A stretch of 64,000 bases of DNA, taken from Marsupella aquatica. Taxonomy: Eukaryota; Plantae; Marchantiophyta. The notes below the pieces were generated by a model. That model worked only from the letters and a program-made list of their open reading frames with translations, searched no databases and was not told the origin of the DNA. Made by a program: the position numbers and the translations under genes. Shown here in pieces: positions 52,201 through 64,000 of this stretch (positions are counted from its first letter, which is position 1; every line of letters begins with the position of its first letter). The stretch spans positions 432,760 to 496,759 of the forward strand of contig OZ316893.1 in the NCBI GenBank assembly GCA_973895155.1, written 5' to 3'.

Positions 52201-52460
52201 AAAAAACAGGATTTTAATACGATTGATATACATGTCCATCGAGAATATGGGTTTATCACCAAGCTCTTTGTCTTAGGAAACTCATAAACTCAGAATCAAA
52301 TATGTACTATGCACGTTTCATGCTATGTGTATACTATGACCTGTAGTTGAGTGGGAACTGATTAGTTTAGGTGGTTGCTGTTGGCGAGGCAAGTCGACCT
52401 CCTGCTCACCTTGCTCATCAAAGGACGTGAACAGAGGACATCACAACAAAAGCAACACTT

Positions 52461-52910
52461 ATGGTGAGGACCCGCAACGCTGAACATGTGCGACTTGCAC
52501 GCAAGGCAGAGATGTTGCGCCTTGAGTATGTCAGACTTGGGATCCTTCCAGCCCAGTCTGCATGGTACTTTGAGTACCCTGTTGTTTCCAGGAACAACTA
52601 CAGCCGGCCTCTACTTGCTTCAGTACCCTTCCCGACATCCTTGGTATTTGTGTCTCTTGTACATGACCCGCCACAAATTAGGTGCCAAGGGTGTGTACAC
52701 AGTTGCCAATATGACTGTCCTGCCTGTAGGGCTTCTGGCCCAGAATTGGATGACCGTTCTCTTGGATGCCGATTTTTGCATAGAGCACAATGTATCATTT
52801 GGAACCACTCGCCATCCTGCAGTGTGCCTGGTGATGTCACTTGTCCTGCCCTCCCAGACCCCACCACCGGTGACTTTGGTGTCTACACATGTTTGGATCA
52901 CATGCTCTAG
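52461..52910 (+). CDS. Small Cys/His-rich protein, possibly a degenerate PHD-like Zn finger
   Basis: ATG-initiated 149-aa ORF with CQGC-x3-C-x3-CPAC...C-x3-H-x3-C...CLDH. Confidence 0.4.
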   Translation: MVRTRNAEHVRLARKAEMLRLEYVRLGILPAQSAWYFEYPVVSRNNYSRPLLASVPFPTSLVFVSLVHDPPQIRCQGCVHSCQYDCPACRASGPELDDRSLGCRFLHRAQCIIWNHSPSCSVPGDVTCPALPDPTTGDFGVYTCLDHML

Positions 52911-53525
52911 AGGACCACTTGTCACACCGCATGCACAGACCAGATACCATTGACCTATAGCTTAACACTCTGACTTCAACACAGAGGATATTTACTTAAA
53001 ATTTTGATGTATGAGCAATTTTGGGTCCAGGGTTTAGGGTCAACAGTATATAACTTATATCCTATTATGCCTGCACTAAGCAAAATATCCTAATTTAAGA
53101 GGCTAGCAAACTCGCATAAAAGTCTCTATTGAAAGACTGCTTTCATGACTGCTTTAACCTGGTGAACATTGCAACGTTGAATGAATTAATGGGCCATGTG
53201 ATAATATGCAAAATGATTTATGCCTCACTTATTTGTCTCAGCCACTATCATAACCTATTTAGGATGTATAAATTTCAACCCTTATGACACTGCTTCATAC
53301 CAATCCTCTTCGAAGAATGCCTGTTTTACATGTCACGACTATTGTATGTGATTCAAATGCATGAAATGTTGTTGCAGATCTCCTTTGGTGAATCATAGCC
53401 ACAATTAAAATTGAGGTGTTGGTGGAGAAATTGTATTAGGGGATCAGTTTTGTGTGTGGGCTCAACATACCAAAAGTATGTGTGCTCTGCATCCTTGTGT
53501 GGCCATTCCAATTCATTGCAGTAGC

Positions 53526-53669
53526 AAATGCCTTTGTACCTTAAATGCTAAATATATTTTACTTTCTGTGCAGTCTGCTAAATTGTAGAGTCTATCTAAA
53601 TGCCTTTGTACCTTAAATGCTAAATATATATTACTTTCTGTGCAGTCTGCTAAATTGTAGAGTCTATCT
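53526..53669. repeat. 72-bp tandem duplication just upstream of the PHD ORF
   Basis: 53526-53597 and 53598-53669 differ at one position. Confidence 0.9.
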
Positions 53670-53680
53670 CATGCGCAGGC

Positions 53681-54361
53681 ATGGCACGGCCTAAAATTCA
53701 AGCCAAAAAGCGTGTGACAGAGGTGAGAAACACAGGTGTACTTGGGGCAGATGCTACTAACTTCTCTGCAAGTCAGATTTTCCAGAAGGCAGCTCATTGT
53801 TGTGCCATTTGTGACGATGGTGGGGGCCTGGTCATTTGTGAGGGCCCTTGCATGAGGCATTTCCACCTCAACCCGGAGTCTGACCTTGCTGCAGAAAACA
53901 ACTGTCCAGGGGTGGGCCTCCCGTCAACACACCAGGGAGACTGGATGTGCACTGATTGTTTGGAGAAGCAGGCTAAGTGTGCACAGTGTGGGAAGTTGGG
54001 GTCCTATGAGGGCTCTGTTGATGCTGCAGCAAATGTTAGGAAATGTCCAGACCGTTTTTGTGTGAGATTTTTCTGTTTTGAGTGTTTGCCTGCTCATGCC
54101 ACAGCTTGCCCACTTCATAGGTGCAAGGCATGTGGTGAGCATGATGATGACTACTGGACTGACATAGTCCACTGTGCTAGGTGTCCCACTATGTGGCACT
54201 ATCATTGCCTGAAAGATCATCAAGCAGAGGGTTATGCTTGTGACAGAGAAATCTATGATCACTCTGCACATGGTGTTGATCGATGGATATTTTATTGTCA
54301 TCGCCATGCCATTGATCCTACCTCGCGCACTCCTGTGAGAGATCACATATCTTGGCTGTGA
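53681..54361 (+). CDS. Stand-alone EDM2/NSD-type multi-PHD finger protein (226 aa)
   Basis: CAICDDGGGLVICEGPCMRHFH...CTDC...CAQCGKLGS...CPLHRCKAC...CARCPTMWHYHCL...IFYCHRHAID...TPVRDH matches the recalled EDM2 PHD cassette. Confidence 0.82.
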   Translation: MARPKIQAKKRVTEVRNTGVLGADATNFSASQIFQKAAHCCAICDDGGGLVICEGPCMRHFHLNPESDLAAENNCPGVGLPSTHQGDWMCTDCLEKQAKCAQCGKLGSYEGSVDAAANVRKCPDRFCVRFFCFECLPAHATACPLHRCKACGEHDDDYWTDIVHCARCPTMWHYHCLKDHQAEGYACDREIYDHSAHGVDRWIFYCHRHAIDPTSRTPVRDHISWL

Positions 54362-54948
54362 AGCTGAACATTGTACATGCACAGTGCACCTGATGTGGAT
54401 GTACTATTTTTTGAGATTGCAGAGATTCCAATTTTGAAAAGGAGTTGGGTAGGCGAGTTTATATAGGCAGCACTTATCTTGTGCTCTGGCGTCAGTGGCT
54501 GGGTACATGCCTATACAAACTTATCCTTACAAGCCTTCTTGGAAGTATTTAGGCTGAGTGGTCATTTTCATAAACACTTTCATCACACTGCTAAATTAAA
54601 ACAGGACTTCTAAGTTGTAAGCGTATAAATTATCAGGCATGCAATTAATCAAATTGCCCTATAAGTTTGTCATTGAATGTATCCTCCTTTACAACAAAAT
54701 ATGTATGTGCCATGACAAGTTGGTTGCACTTCATTTCACCACGGATATGGATTTTGTAGTATATATTCAAACAATGTCCTGCATCCGTGCAGGTGCCTAG
54801 TACGTATTGTGTGACATATCCCTTGTACCTATCAAAATCGGACCTGAGCACCAGTGGGCCAGATCAACTCAAAAAGCAGGAATTTTGTTGTCCTTGTATT
54901 GTCAGGTGAACCCATTCTTCCAAAATTCACTGTCATCACGTAGGGTGT

Positions 54949-55827
54949 GTGTACATGGAGCCTGGTAAACGTAGAAAGTGTGACCACCCAGCAGTGTTTA
55001 CAGGGGTCAGAGCGATTTTGGTCCATGGCCAGCATGGGTTGACCAAAGTGCATTGGCCAACTGTACAGAAACGATTCTCTGAGCTCCATGGCACTGTAGT
55101 TCAGGACATCACTCCAGAGACTACACATGTTGTTGCAGGGACATGGCTATCAGTGATAAAGAAGTGGTCATGGTCCTACATGAATTCTGCAATTACTAAG
55201 CAAGGCCTAAAAGTAGTTGAGGCCTCTTGGATCACAGATTCCATAGCACATAAGATTGTACAGGATACTGAGCAATATGAGTTGTGGGAGGATGAAGAAG
55301 CTACTGCATCAGCTTGGGCTGAACAAGAAGTCTGGGAAGCAAAGGCACGGCTTGCTGATCTCCAATATGGACCTGTACTCAACAAAGGACAGAGCTCTAC
55401 AAGGCTGAAGAGTATGTTGGCTGAGGAGACGAAGCAACCAACCCCCATTCTGAAAGGGCTGAGCATGGTATTTGTGGAGGCGGGAATTGGAGAGGTTAAG
55501 TGCAAAGTGTACAAGTCCACAGTGCTTGACCTAGGTGGGACAGTGGAGGAGAATATAACAGAGGACACCACTCATGTCATTACTAAGTCATATCCCAAAG
55601 CCTGCCGCAAGTTTGGGAAGGGAGACATTCGCTTTTATGTCATGTCCCATAATGTGTTTGTGGTTTCATATGCTTGGCTTGTGGAATCAGTAGCAGCTGG
55701 GAAGCGTCAAAACCCAATGGACTATGATCTTTTTGAGGCCTGGCCATGGAAGGGTCAGGATCCTTACAGAGAGGACTATGAGACAACAAGTGAGGAATGG
55801 GTCATTAGCGATTCTGAATCAGAGTGA
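54949..55827 (+). CDS. Tandem BRCT domain protein (DNA polymerase lambda-like BRCTs)
   Basis: Two repeats: FTGV...HGTVVQDITPETTHVV...VVEASWITDS...YEL and LKGL...LGGTVEENITEDTTHVI...VVSYAWLVES...YDL. First ATG at 54955. Confidence 0.85.
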   Translation: MYMEPGKRRKCDHPAVFTGVRAILVHGQHGLTKVHWPTVQKRFSELHGTVVQDITPETTHVVAGTWLSVIKKWSWSYMNSAITKQGLKVVEASWITDSIAHKIVQDTEQYELWEDEEATASAWAEQEVWEAKARLADLQYGPVLNKGQSSTRLKSMLAEETKQPTPILKGLSMVFVEAGIGEVKCKVYKSTVLDLGGTVEENITEDTTHVITKSYPKACRKFGKGDIRFYVMSHNVFVVSYAWLVESVAAGKRQNPMDYDLFEAWPWKGQDPYREDYETTSEEWVISDSESE

Positions 55828-56260
55828 GGAGTAGTAGCATCAGTTTGGACACAAGTTTTTTTGTATAAATCAGATCATTGAAATAAATGTGATCTTTGAA
55901 CTAATGTACCTTGTTATGGTTGGTGGCAGTTGGGCTTATTTTACTGTTGGCGGATTGTTGTTTCCTGCTGCCTGGGGGTGTCACTGTAAACGTACATGCA
56001 GAGGCGGTACATTTGAGGACAGCGGAGGAGGTGGTGACACCCTCCAACATTTAGAAATTTTGTGTCATTCACTTGACAATAGGTACACTACTTGCGAACC
56101 TGTTTTTTTCTTTTGGGGTGGTTTAGGGTTTGTGAGAATTTAGTACACGTTATGTTAACTCTTTTGGCAGATACAGTCAGGGATATATGGAACACAAATA
56201 CCACCATTAGGCATCCTTGTTCACTGCTGTCCATGACTGCAGAGCTCCCAGCCTGTTACA

Positions 56261-59200
56261 ATGCACCCTGGTCACCACCCTCCCCAGACCCAGCCCAGGG
56301 CACAGGCACTGCCTTTGCATCATCCCACAAGGATATCACGCCATGATAATAAGCTTTGGCAGCGTGAAAGGTTACGAACCAGACTTTCAGGAGCCAGTAG
56401 GATGAGATGTCCTTGTGCAATCTGCCAAGGATCCCGTACCAGGGGTCTGAATGAGGTTTGGCGGCATATCGCGGTTCATGGAAGAGATCCACGACATCGA
56501 GTTTGGAATGATCCTGCAGAGGAAGATTCTTCCGACGAGGAGTGGAGGTTAGAATTTGATGCTGCCAATGCTGCAAGACGGGCAAGTGAGGTTCTGCCTG
56601 GTGCATTTGAAAATGTTGTAGCTGGTCTCTGTGGGTTGTCAGCTCTCCAACGGGATGGTGCTCAGGCAGCACCACGTGACGAAGGAATTCATGTGGAAGA
56701 GATGGTGAGAGACATCTTCCAAGACTTGGATGCATTTCATGATGGGCTGGACAATGAAGAGGATACGGCTGCAGATGCAAGTGTGCCCCCTGTCGAAGAG
56801 CCTCTTGATGAGTTTGAGATAGGGCAGGAAACCCCTGGGCATGATGGGATGTTTGGCTCTCCCCTGCAAATACAGGAAGGCAGGAAGTCTTTGTACCCCG
56901 GTAGCAAATGTTCTAAACTGGGATTTGTCATCATGTTCCTGAACATTTGCGGCAACCACAATGTCCCCAACGTTTTGGTTTCTGAGTTGTTGGCATTCTT
57001 GCGAACAACTGTGCTACCAGATGGTAATATTTTGCCCAAGAACATGTACGAGGCAAAAAGATGCATATCTAATCTTGGATTGAACTATGATTCGATCCAT
57101 GCCTGTCCTGATGGGCATGTTCTTTTCAGAAAGGAGTATAAAGAATCGTTGACATGCCCTAAGTGTGGGAAGCACAGGTATCGGAACTCAGGAAAGTCTA
57201 TGGTTCCCGCCAAGGTACTTCGTCATTTTCCACTCATTCCCAGACTTCAGCGGATGTTCAGAAGCCGTGCCATCTCGGAGATGATGACTTGGGCAACTGA
57301 CAAGAAAAGTGATGATGGGCTACAACGACATGCTGCAGATTCAAGGCAATGGAAACTCATAGATGAGATGTATCCCGAATTTGCTGCTGAGCCGAGGAAT
57401 GTCAGACTTGGGCTGTCATTGGATGGGGTAAACCCATTTGGAGACAAGAACAACAAATTTTCATGCTGGCCTGTAACTATTTTGAATTATAACCTTCCTC
57501 CTTGGATGACTACAAAGCGATTTTTTGTTCTGATGGTCCTACTGATACCAGGGCCAGACAGTGCTGTATCTGCCAACATAGATGTGTTTCTGGCTCCCCT
57601 AGTGGAGGAATTGAGAAAGCTTTGGGAGGAAGGAGTTCTCACATATGATGTCCTACAGAGGCTTGGGAGGTTAAACCCATTCATCCTTAGAGCCATTGTC
57701 ATTCTGACTATAGCTGACTACCCAGCCCATGGGATGATATCAGGCCAAACAACAAAAGGATATTGTGCTTGTACTATCTGTGGGCGCAATGTCACCAGTG
57801 AGTACTCCAGAGCCCTGCAGAAAGTGATATACATGGGCCATCGTCGTTTTCTGAAGACAGATCACCCTTACAGAGAAAGACAGGCACTGATTGCACACTT
57901 TGGCAATGAGATTGAGCAACGTGGACCCCCGGCACGAGTGACCAAAGAGGAGATCAGGCAGTGGGGAGCACTGAGGGATGACTATATCAAACGAGGGGGC
58001 AGGGAAGATGGAGTGAGTGATCCAATAAAGCGATATGGTGTAAAAAGACTGAGCATATTGGACTTGGAGCTCAAGTACTGGAGGGTAAGCCTCTTGGAGT
58101 TGATGCTAATTGGGATACATGTTTTGGTTCAGAGCATGTGCATTCATTTCGAAGAGAGAGACTAAACTTGAGGCATTTCCTGACGCTTTTGCATTGCAAC
58201 GATGCAGGAGTTTGAGCCAAGCAAACATAACATTGATGTTATGCACATTGAAAAGAATATTTGTGAGAGTCTACTCAGATTCTTGTGTGGAGAGAAAGAC
58301 ACTGGTTCAGTGAGATTGGATCTTGAACAGAGGGGAATGAAACCCCATCTTTGGTTGAGGCCACATGCCCACAGAGCTGATGTGCTCTTGAAGTACCAAG
58401 CGCCCTATGTTCTGACAGACACAGAGTGGGAACTATTTGTGCAGAGGTTGAGTTCTTTGAAGGTTCCTTCAAACTATGGCAGTGCTTTCAAGAAGCATAT
58501 CATGACTAGAAAGCTTGGTAGTATGAAAAGCCATGACTACCATATGTTGATGCAACAGGTGTTGCCTTTATGCCTGAGGGGCCTGTTGCAGAAGCCTGTT
58601 CGTACTGTGATCATGCGACTCAGTGATGTGTTTCGTCGTATTTGTGTGAAGGTTTGGGATGAAACACACTTCCCACAACTGACAGAAGATGTCGCTCAGG
58701 TGCTGTGTGACCTGGAGATTTATTTTCCTCCCGCATTTTTTGATGTCATGACCCACCTACTTGTCCATGTTGTGGAAGAGCTACACCAATTTGGGCCTGT
58801 GAGTGCTCGTTGGTTGTACCCTTTGGAACGGTACATGAAGCTACTCAAAGGTCACGTGAGAACATATTACAAACCTGAAGCAAGCATGGCTAAAGGTTAC
58901 ATCAAGGATGAGACTCTGGGATTTCTGACCGAATACATAGCACAATATGAGCATGTGAAGACCAGGGTGTGGAATTCTGATGAGGAGGAAGGGGTGGTAG
59001 GTGAAGTACTGGAAGGGGCTGCAACCACAAAGAACCTGACCATATCTATGAGAGACTTGGCACATGACTTTGTATTGCACAACACTGTGGTGATGGAACC
59101 CTGGATACAGTGAGTGCATACATGTGCTATAATCCAGTTCATGAGCTTAAATGTTGTGTTCGTGTGGTTTTCTCCTTCAGCCTGTTCATGTTTACCCAAG

Positions 59201-59992
59201 CTAATGCTGTGTGGTTGTTCGTTCAGGGAGTATGAGTCATTGAAGGCGGCCCATCCCACTGCAGGAACAACTTTTCCAGGTTTCATGGAGTGGATCAGAG
59301 TGGCAATTAGAGAGCATCACGAGACCCACCCAGACATGGATGCAGATGTTTACCTACTGTCTAATGCCCCTAGCCTGAAAGTGAAGACTTACAAACGGAT
59401 GAGAGCATATGGGAATCACTTCCGAGTGAAGGATGGTGACAGTGCCTACAGGGTGACGAATGACTGCGGGCTCATCACTGTATTTGAGCAACAGAGCCAC
59501 AATCACGACAGGGCCTGGATGGAGATGGGATATGTGGGAGAATTAGTTGACATATGGGCTCTGGACTATGGGGCGGTGTCCAGTCCTGTGATTCTTATGA
59601 AAGGTTCATGGGTGCGGCAGGATTGGCTTGGTAACAGGGCTACCATGAAGAGAGACAACGACGGTTTCTTGCTGGCCAATTTCAGAGGGAAATTGCCCGA
59701 ATGGTCTGAGCCATTTGTGTTTCCTAGTCAGGTGGAGCAAGCTTTCTTCCTGGATGTGGAAGACTCCCCAGGTTGGCGTGTAGTGTGTCATAAACAGGCC
59801 AGGCAACGCCGGATGGAAGGATCAAACCTTGAGTTTCATTTACACTCTCATAGTGCCTTTGATCGTCGGCGTTCAGACCAAGTGCCTGTAGTTCATGATA
59901 GCGGGGACTTCATTCCTGTGACAAGGGTAGATGCATTTGCTGAAGGAGGCGAATTCAGAGATGCAGATGCCAACAGTGTGCCTGTGCCATGA
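56261..59992 (+). CDS. CACTA transposase (TnpD/Tnp2: Transposase_21, DUF4218 and DUF4216 regions), three exons, apparently intact
   Basis: Motifs IHACPDG, RNVRLGLSLDGVNPF, YNLPPW, IADYPA, IDVMHIEKN, KSHDYH, FFDVMTHLLVH, WLYPLER and EPFVFPSQVEQ. Phase-consistent introns at 58085-58207 and 59110-59226. No internal stops. Confidence 0.95.
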
Positions 59993-60148
59993 GTAATGTG
60001 AATTGTTTGCATAGACATTAGTGAGGGGAAGGATGTGTAATAAAGTAATTCTGAAGCAACACAGATGTATGGATGGATGCCTGGTGATTGTGGTTGCATT
60101 GTGTTATACGGGGTGACCATAGATGACATGTTTTTGTGGTCCAGTAGG

Positions 60149-63100
60149 ATGGAACAGAGTGACACAGAGATGTGTGAGTATGAAAGGAAAGCTATGGAAC
60201 AACGAGCATACGTGAAAGCCAAAATCGCAGAACTGGATCTGGAAAAGGATGTGGCTGAATTGTAAGGGAACGATTCTCAACTACACCCCTCCGCTGAGTT
60301 TGTGTGACATGAATAGTTCAATGTGGCACTGAAATTGTGACTGTATTCTCATATTGGAATGTCGCAGAGCCACAGCATTTTCAAAGAAACAAAAGGAGTA
60401 CGCAAGAAGGGTGACCAGCACTATCTCTGGGCCTGTGCGTCGGAGTGACAGGTTGAGCAAGAAGGTCGTACCTACAATGGCAGAATGTGGAGATGACATT
60501 GATGCTGCACAGGTGGGTGCAGACACTAGACAAGAAGATGCAGATGATGAGTATTTTCCAGAGGAAATGGATGAGGATGGGGGTTATGAAGATGAATACA
60601 TTGCAGAGCAGCCCCAAAAGAAACATGTAAGTAGTTTTCCCAACAAGGTTTTGAGTTAAAAACTCTTGTTTAGAGGTTTCATATGTTCAGTACTACACAT
60701 ATGTACCTTGCTTAGTTCCTGACATTGTAGTTGGTGATGTGATGCAGCGTCCTGCCAGTTCTGTTTTGCCTTCGAAGCCTGTGCATGCACCATACCAGCA
60801 GGGGGGGCTGACCTCTGATCAAGGTTGGCGAGGTGGTAGTAGTGGTAGATCCCAGGCTGGTGCCCAATACTATGGCAGGGGGCAAGCTCTAGGTTATGCC
60901 CGTGGTAGAGGCAGAGCAGGTCCAAACCCACAATCTCGTGGGTATGGACGTCCACCTCAACCGTGGGGATGTGAGTATATATCTATATGCCAGTTCTTTG
61001 TGAAGGCATGGCACTCCTGAATTTCAGACTGCATATCAATTTTTGACATTGTTTGGGATGTATTGGATTCAGACAACATGAAATTCTGTCCACCTGCCAT
61101 TGCATGCAGATTCTGCCCAACCTGATTGGGCAAATGCTAGTAATGATCAGTTCCAATGTCCACAAGGACAGACATGGGTTGAACCAGGTTGGGAGGATGG
61201 TGGTGGGTCGTGGAATGAACAAGGTTGGGAAGGTGGTGAAGGTAATTGGCAGGGATATCAAAATTCAGTACCTACAAACGCTGGAAGAGGAGCAGGTAAT
61301 GTCTGATCTTGTCAGCAATGGAAGAACTCATTATATGTGGAGTCCATTCACGTGGGGGGGACTCTGCACATGTATAATGATAGAAAATGTATGTGTGCAG
61401 GTTGGACAGTCGAACCATCGACTCAAGTATTCACTAATGCCCCTATGCAGATGCAGCACGGAAGGGGGACAGGTATGTCGGTGAATGTTCAGTTGTTTTC
61501 CTACAGTTTGTACTTAGTTTTCAGTACATATGTTTGCACACACATACCTAGAAAGTGACATCATCCGGCCCCTGTACTAGGCTGGACAGGTGGTCCAGGG
61601 TCGCAACAATTTCAGAGTGCAGTCCCTGCACAGGCATCTACAGGCAGAGCTACAGGTATGTATGTTTGAAGAATTTTTCTTGAAGTGAAGCATTGAATGT
61701 TGCCGTCATCCATTCTGCTATATGTAGTTCTCAAGCATGAATGGCATTGTATTTTCCCAGGTGGCTTCAGAACCCCAGGTAGGGTGAATGAAGGGGTGGC
61801 CAATACAACGCCCAGTACTACCGAGAGCAGTGCACGAGGGGAGGTGACAAAGAAAGGGAACGTAAAGTTGAATGAGAGACAATGGGTGGATGCTGAGTGT
61901 CCTCGCAAGAACCGATGGCATGCTGATTTGAAAGCTGAAGTATTGCGTTGGTTAGATGTGAGTGTTATTAATTTTAAAAAACAGCATCCAAAAGATTGGA
62001 AGACTGTATGTGAAAATGTTGCTGCCAAATGGAATTATGTGGGCAGTGATGATGGCGTGGACATAGGTTGCCTAGAGAGTACAGCAGGTAAAATTATCAA
62101 GCAAGAGAGGTGGAGAATGCATAAGGCTTGGAAGGAAGGTGGGGAGAAGCCAGATATGCCTCCACCAGCCAGTTGTGATGATAAAGTGTGGGCAAGGTTA
62201 GTAGCTTATTTTGTAACAGATGCTTCAAAAAAGAAGAGTTCACAGATGACCGAGGCCAGGTTGAGTGTTCAGAACCCTAATCTGACAGGAAGGACCGGCA
62301 CTGCACCGACAGCTAAACGTTTGGTAAGAATGAATGGCCTAGCTATGTAATTTATGCTACACTATGTACTATTTTTTAGTGTACTGTCCCTACATGTAAA
62401 CTTTGTTTTTTAGTGTACGTTCCCTGAATATTGATCGATAACTTGTGTTTGCCATGCATGTGCAGAAAGCCCAATTGGGGCAAAGCCCTTCAAAAGAAGA
62501 GTTGAGGGCTGAAATTGTGAACACCCGGGCTCAAGAGGGTGCATCTGAATCCTCCAAGCATGTAAGTTATATGAGTTCTGATTGGTAATTGAATGACCTG
62601 CGTTGAATTTCAGGTGTACACTGTATATAACATTGATTGTGCATATATTGCCCAACATTTCATATGGAGTGATTGAACCTATACCCCTGTGTCATGTAGG
62701 GAGGTGGATCTTCACTTACAGAGATAAGTGGTCGTTTGAAGGCTGTCGAAACATGTCTTCCAGAGATCAATGAACGTTTGAATTCATTGACTGACTTGTT
62801 CCATGTGAACTTCAAGACATTAATGGAAGCTGTTGTGTCGGTGAGAGATAAAATTGATTCCAATTCTGCAGGAGTTCCACCATCACCACTTGAGGTGGCA
62901 AAGTCGATGCACTCTTCTGGCATGCCAACGACATGTAGGCTTGAAGGTAAGGCCTTTACAACTGTGTGGGATATGATTATTAAATGTATAGTTTGAATTG
63001 ACATTGTTTGTTGAATGTGTTATTTTCAGTAACATATATTGTGGTTGTTGTGTCCATAGAGAATAAGACAGGTGCTACAGAGAAGAAGTATGAGAACCTG

Positions 63101-63856
63101 GCAAATACTCGCTGTAATTTAGAGGCAACAAAGTTGCAGTCTGTACAAGCAACTTGTTTGACAGAGGGCAGTCAACCATGTTTGGATGAGGATGACATTG
63201 GCAAGGGAGTGGATGATATCAATGTTGGGGCAAATGAGGATATCAGCAAGCATGACAATGATACCATTGAGCCAGATTCATGCTATGTAGATCTTGACTC
63301 CATTGCAGAGATAAATGATTTGCAGAATGTATCATTCTCAATGACAGGTGTGCCTCTTGTTGAGATAAATCCAACCAAAGAGTTAGTTGGTATGACACTC
63401 CCAGGTGATGAACCTGCTACTGTGACAGTCCTAACAGAGGAACCTACTGAGCCTAGCTTCACTACTGTGAAGAGAGGAAGCATGCGCACACGAAGCAAGT
63501 CTGCTGGTGGGAGCAGAGCCACGTCAAAGGTTTCATACAAACCTCCAAGAACAGTGCTGGCAGAAAGATCTAAGGTGGAAGTGGGGAAAGCACCTAATGC
63601 TGAGGGACAAAGTGGCTTGTTAGCTGTTGATGAGAGTGGAACACGAGTAGGATTTGCCAGAGTGCAGGTTGGTTCCACAACGTTCCATGGCAAGAGGATT
63701 CCCCCAGGTTATTCAGTAGTGTTAGTCACATTACTAGTGAAACCTAAAGCTGTCCTTCCCATTCCAAACACAAATGATGATCCTCCTCAAAAGACACTTG
63801 GAGATGCTGCAGGTTCTTTGGTATTATGGCCAAGCAAGTTCATAGAGGATCCATAA
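60149..63856 (+). CDS. CACTA second gene (TnpA/Ptta-like), many short exons; boundaries approximate
   Basis: N-terminal CEYERKAMEQR...I.EL.L and RRSDRL motifs, G/R-rich exons, the KNRWHADLKAEVLRWLD exon, and a C-terminal FHGK...LPIPN.NDDPPQ...GSLVLWPS exon. Confidence 0.7.
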
Positions 63857-64000
63857 CAATGTCATGCCATTATTTGTTTGTAGTGTGAGTCATGTTATGT
63901 AGATTTTAGATGTCAAGAAACAGTACAAGAATCATGTCCTCTTGGAGATTCATAGTATCATGCATGTGCTTTCAGTTATCTCATCCTACAGTCATCAATT

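Larger units (their letters stand above)
46468..64000 (+). mobile_element. Large CACTA (En/Spm) element, right end beyond the window
   Basis: Candidate left terminus CACTAGAAGAAAA at 46468 (preceded by ATT), similar to the terminus at 40480. Downstream are TnpD-like and TnpA-like genes. That 46.5-56 kb belongs to this element is inferred. Confidence 0.65.

Noticed and set aside
45150-52400. Numerous 60-110-aa ORFs
   Set aside because: No motifs, mixed strands, mostly non-ATG starts, and overlap with local duplications.

Overview
This is eukaryotic, repeat-dense DNA, most likely from a land plant (spliceosomal GT-AG introns, plant TE lineages, scattered TTTAGGG). A non-seed plant is an inference. 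It is a nest of transposons. (1) A decayed PIF/Harbinger element (~6.5-26.6 kb) has a Myb/SANT gene interrupted by two insertions whose ends and target-site duplications (TSDs) are visible. One is a 4.66-kb TG...CA solo-LTR-like unit with a 5-bp TSD and a ~1,200-codon broken ORF. The other is a 10.5-kb Mutator-like element (MULE) at 13406-23915 with a 9-bp TSD. (2) A SAM-like header + restriction-endonuclease-like + kinase (Crinkler/CR-like) gene sits next to a truncated paralog whose header has diverged strongly. (3) A full-length Ty1/copia element at 33956-40068. (4) Two back-to-back CACTA elements; the right one has an apparently intact transposase preceded by EDM2-like PHD-finger and tandem-BRCT ORFs. 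The most notable candidate system is the MULE. Opposite its transposase it encodes a spliced ParB-like (DGNHR) + beta-class N4/N6 DNA-methyltransferase-fold protein. It also carries 16 copies of a 15-bp palindrome (TAGCGCYnRGCGCTA), all in its introns and intergenic DNA, four of them spaced 103-104 bp apart in the divergent promoter. All protein-family calls are by eye from motifs; no database search was run.
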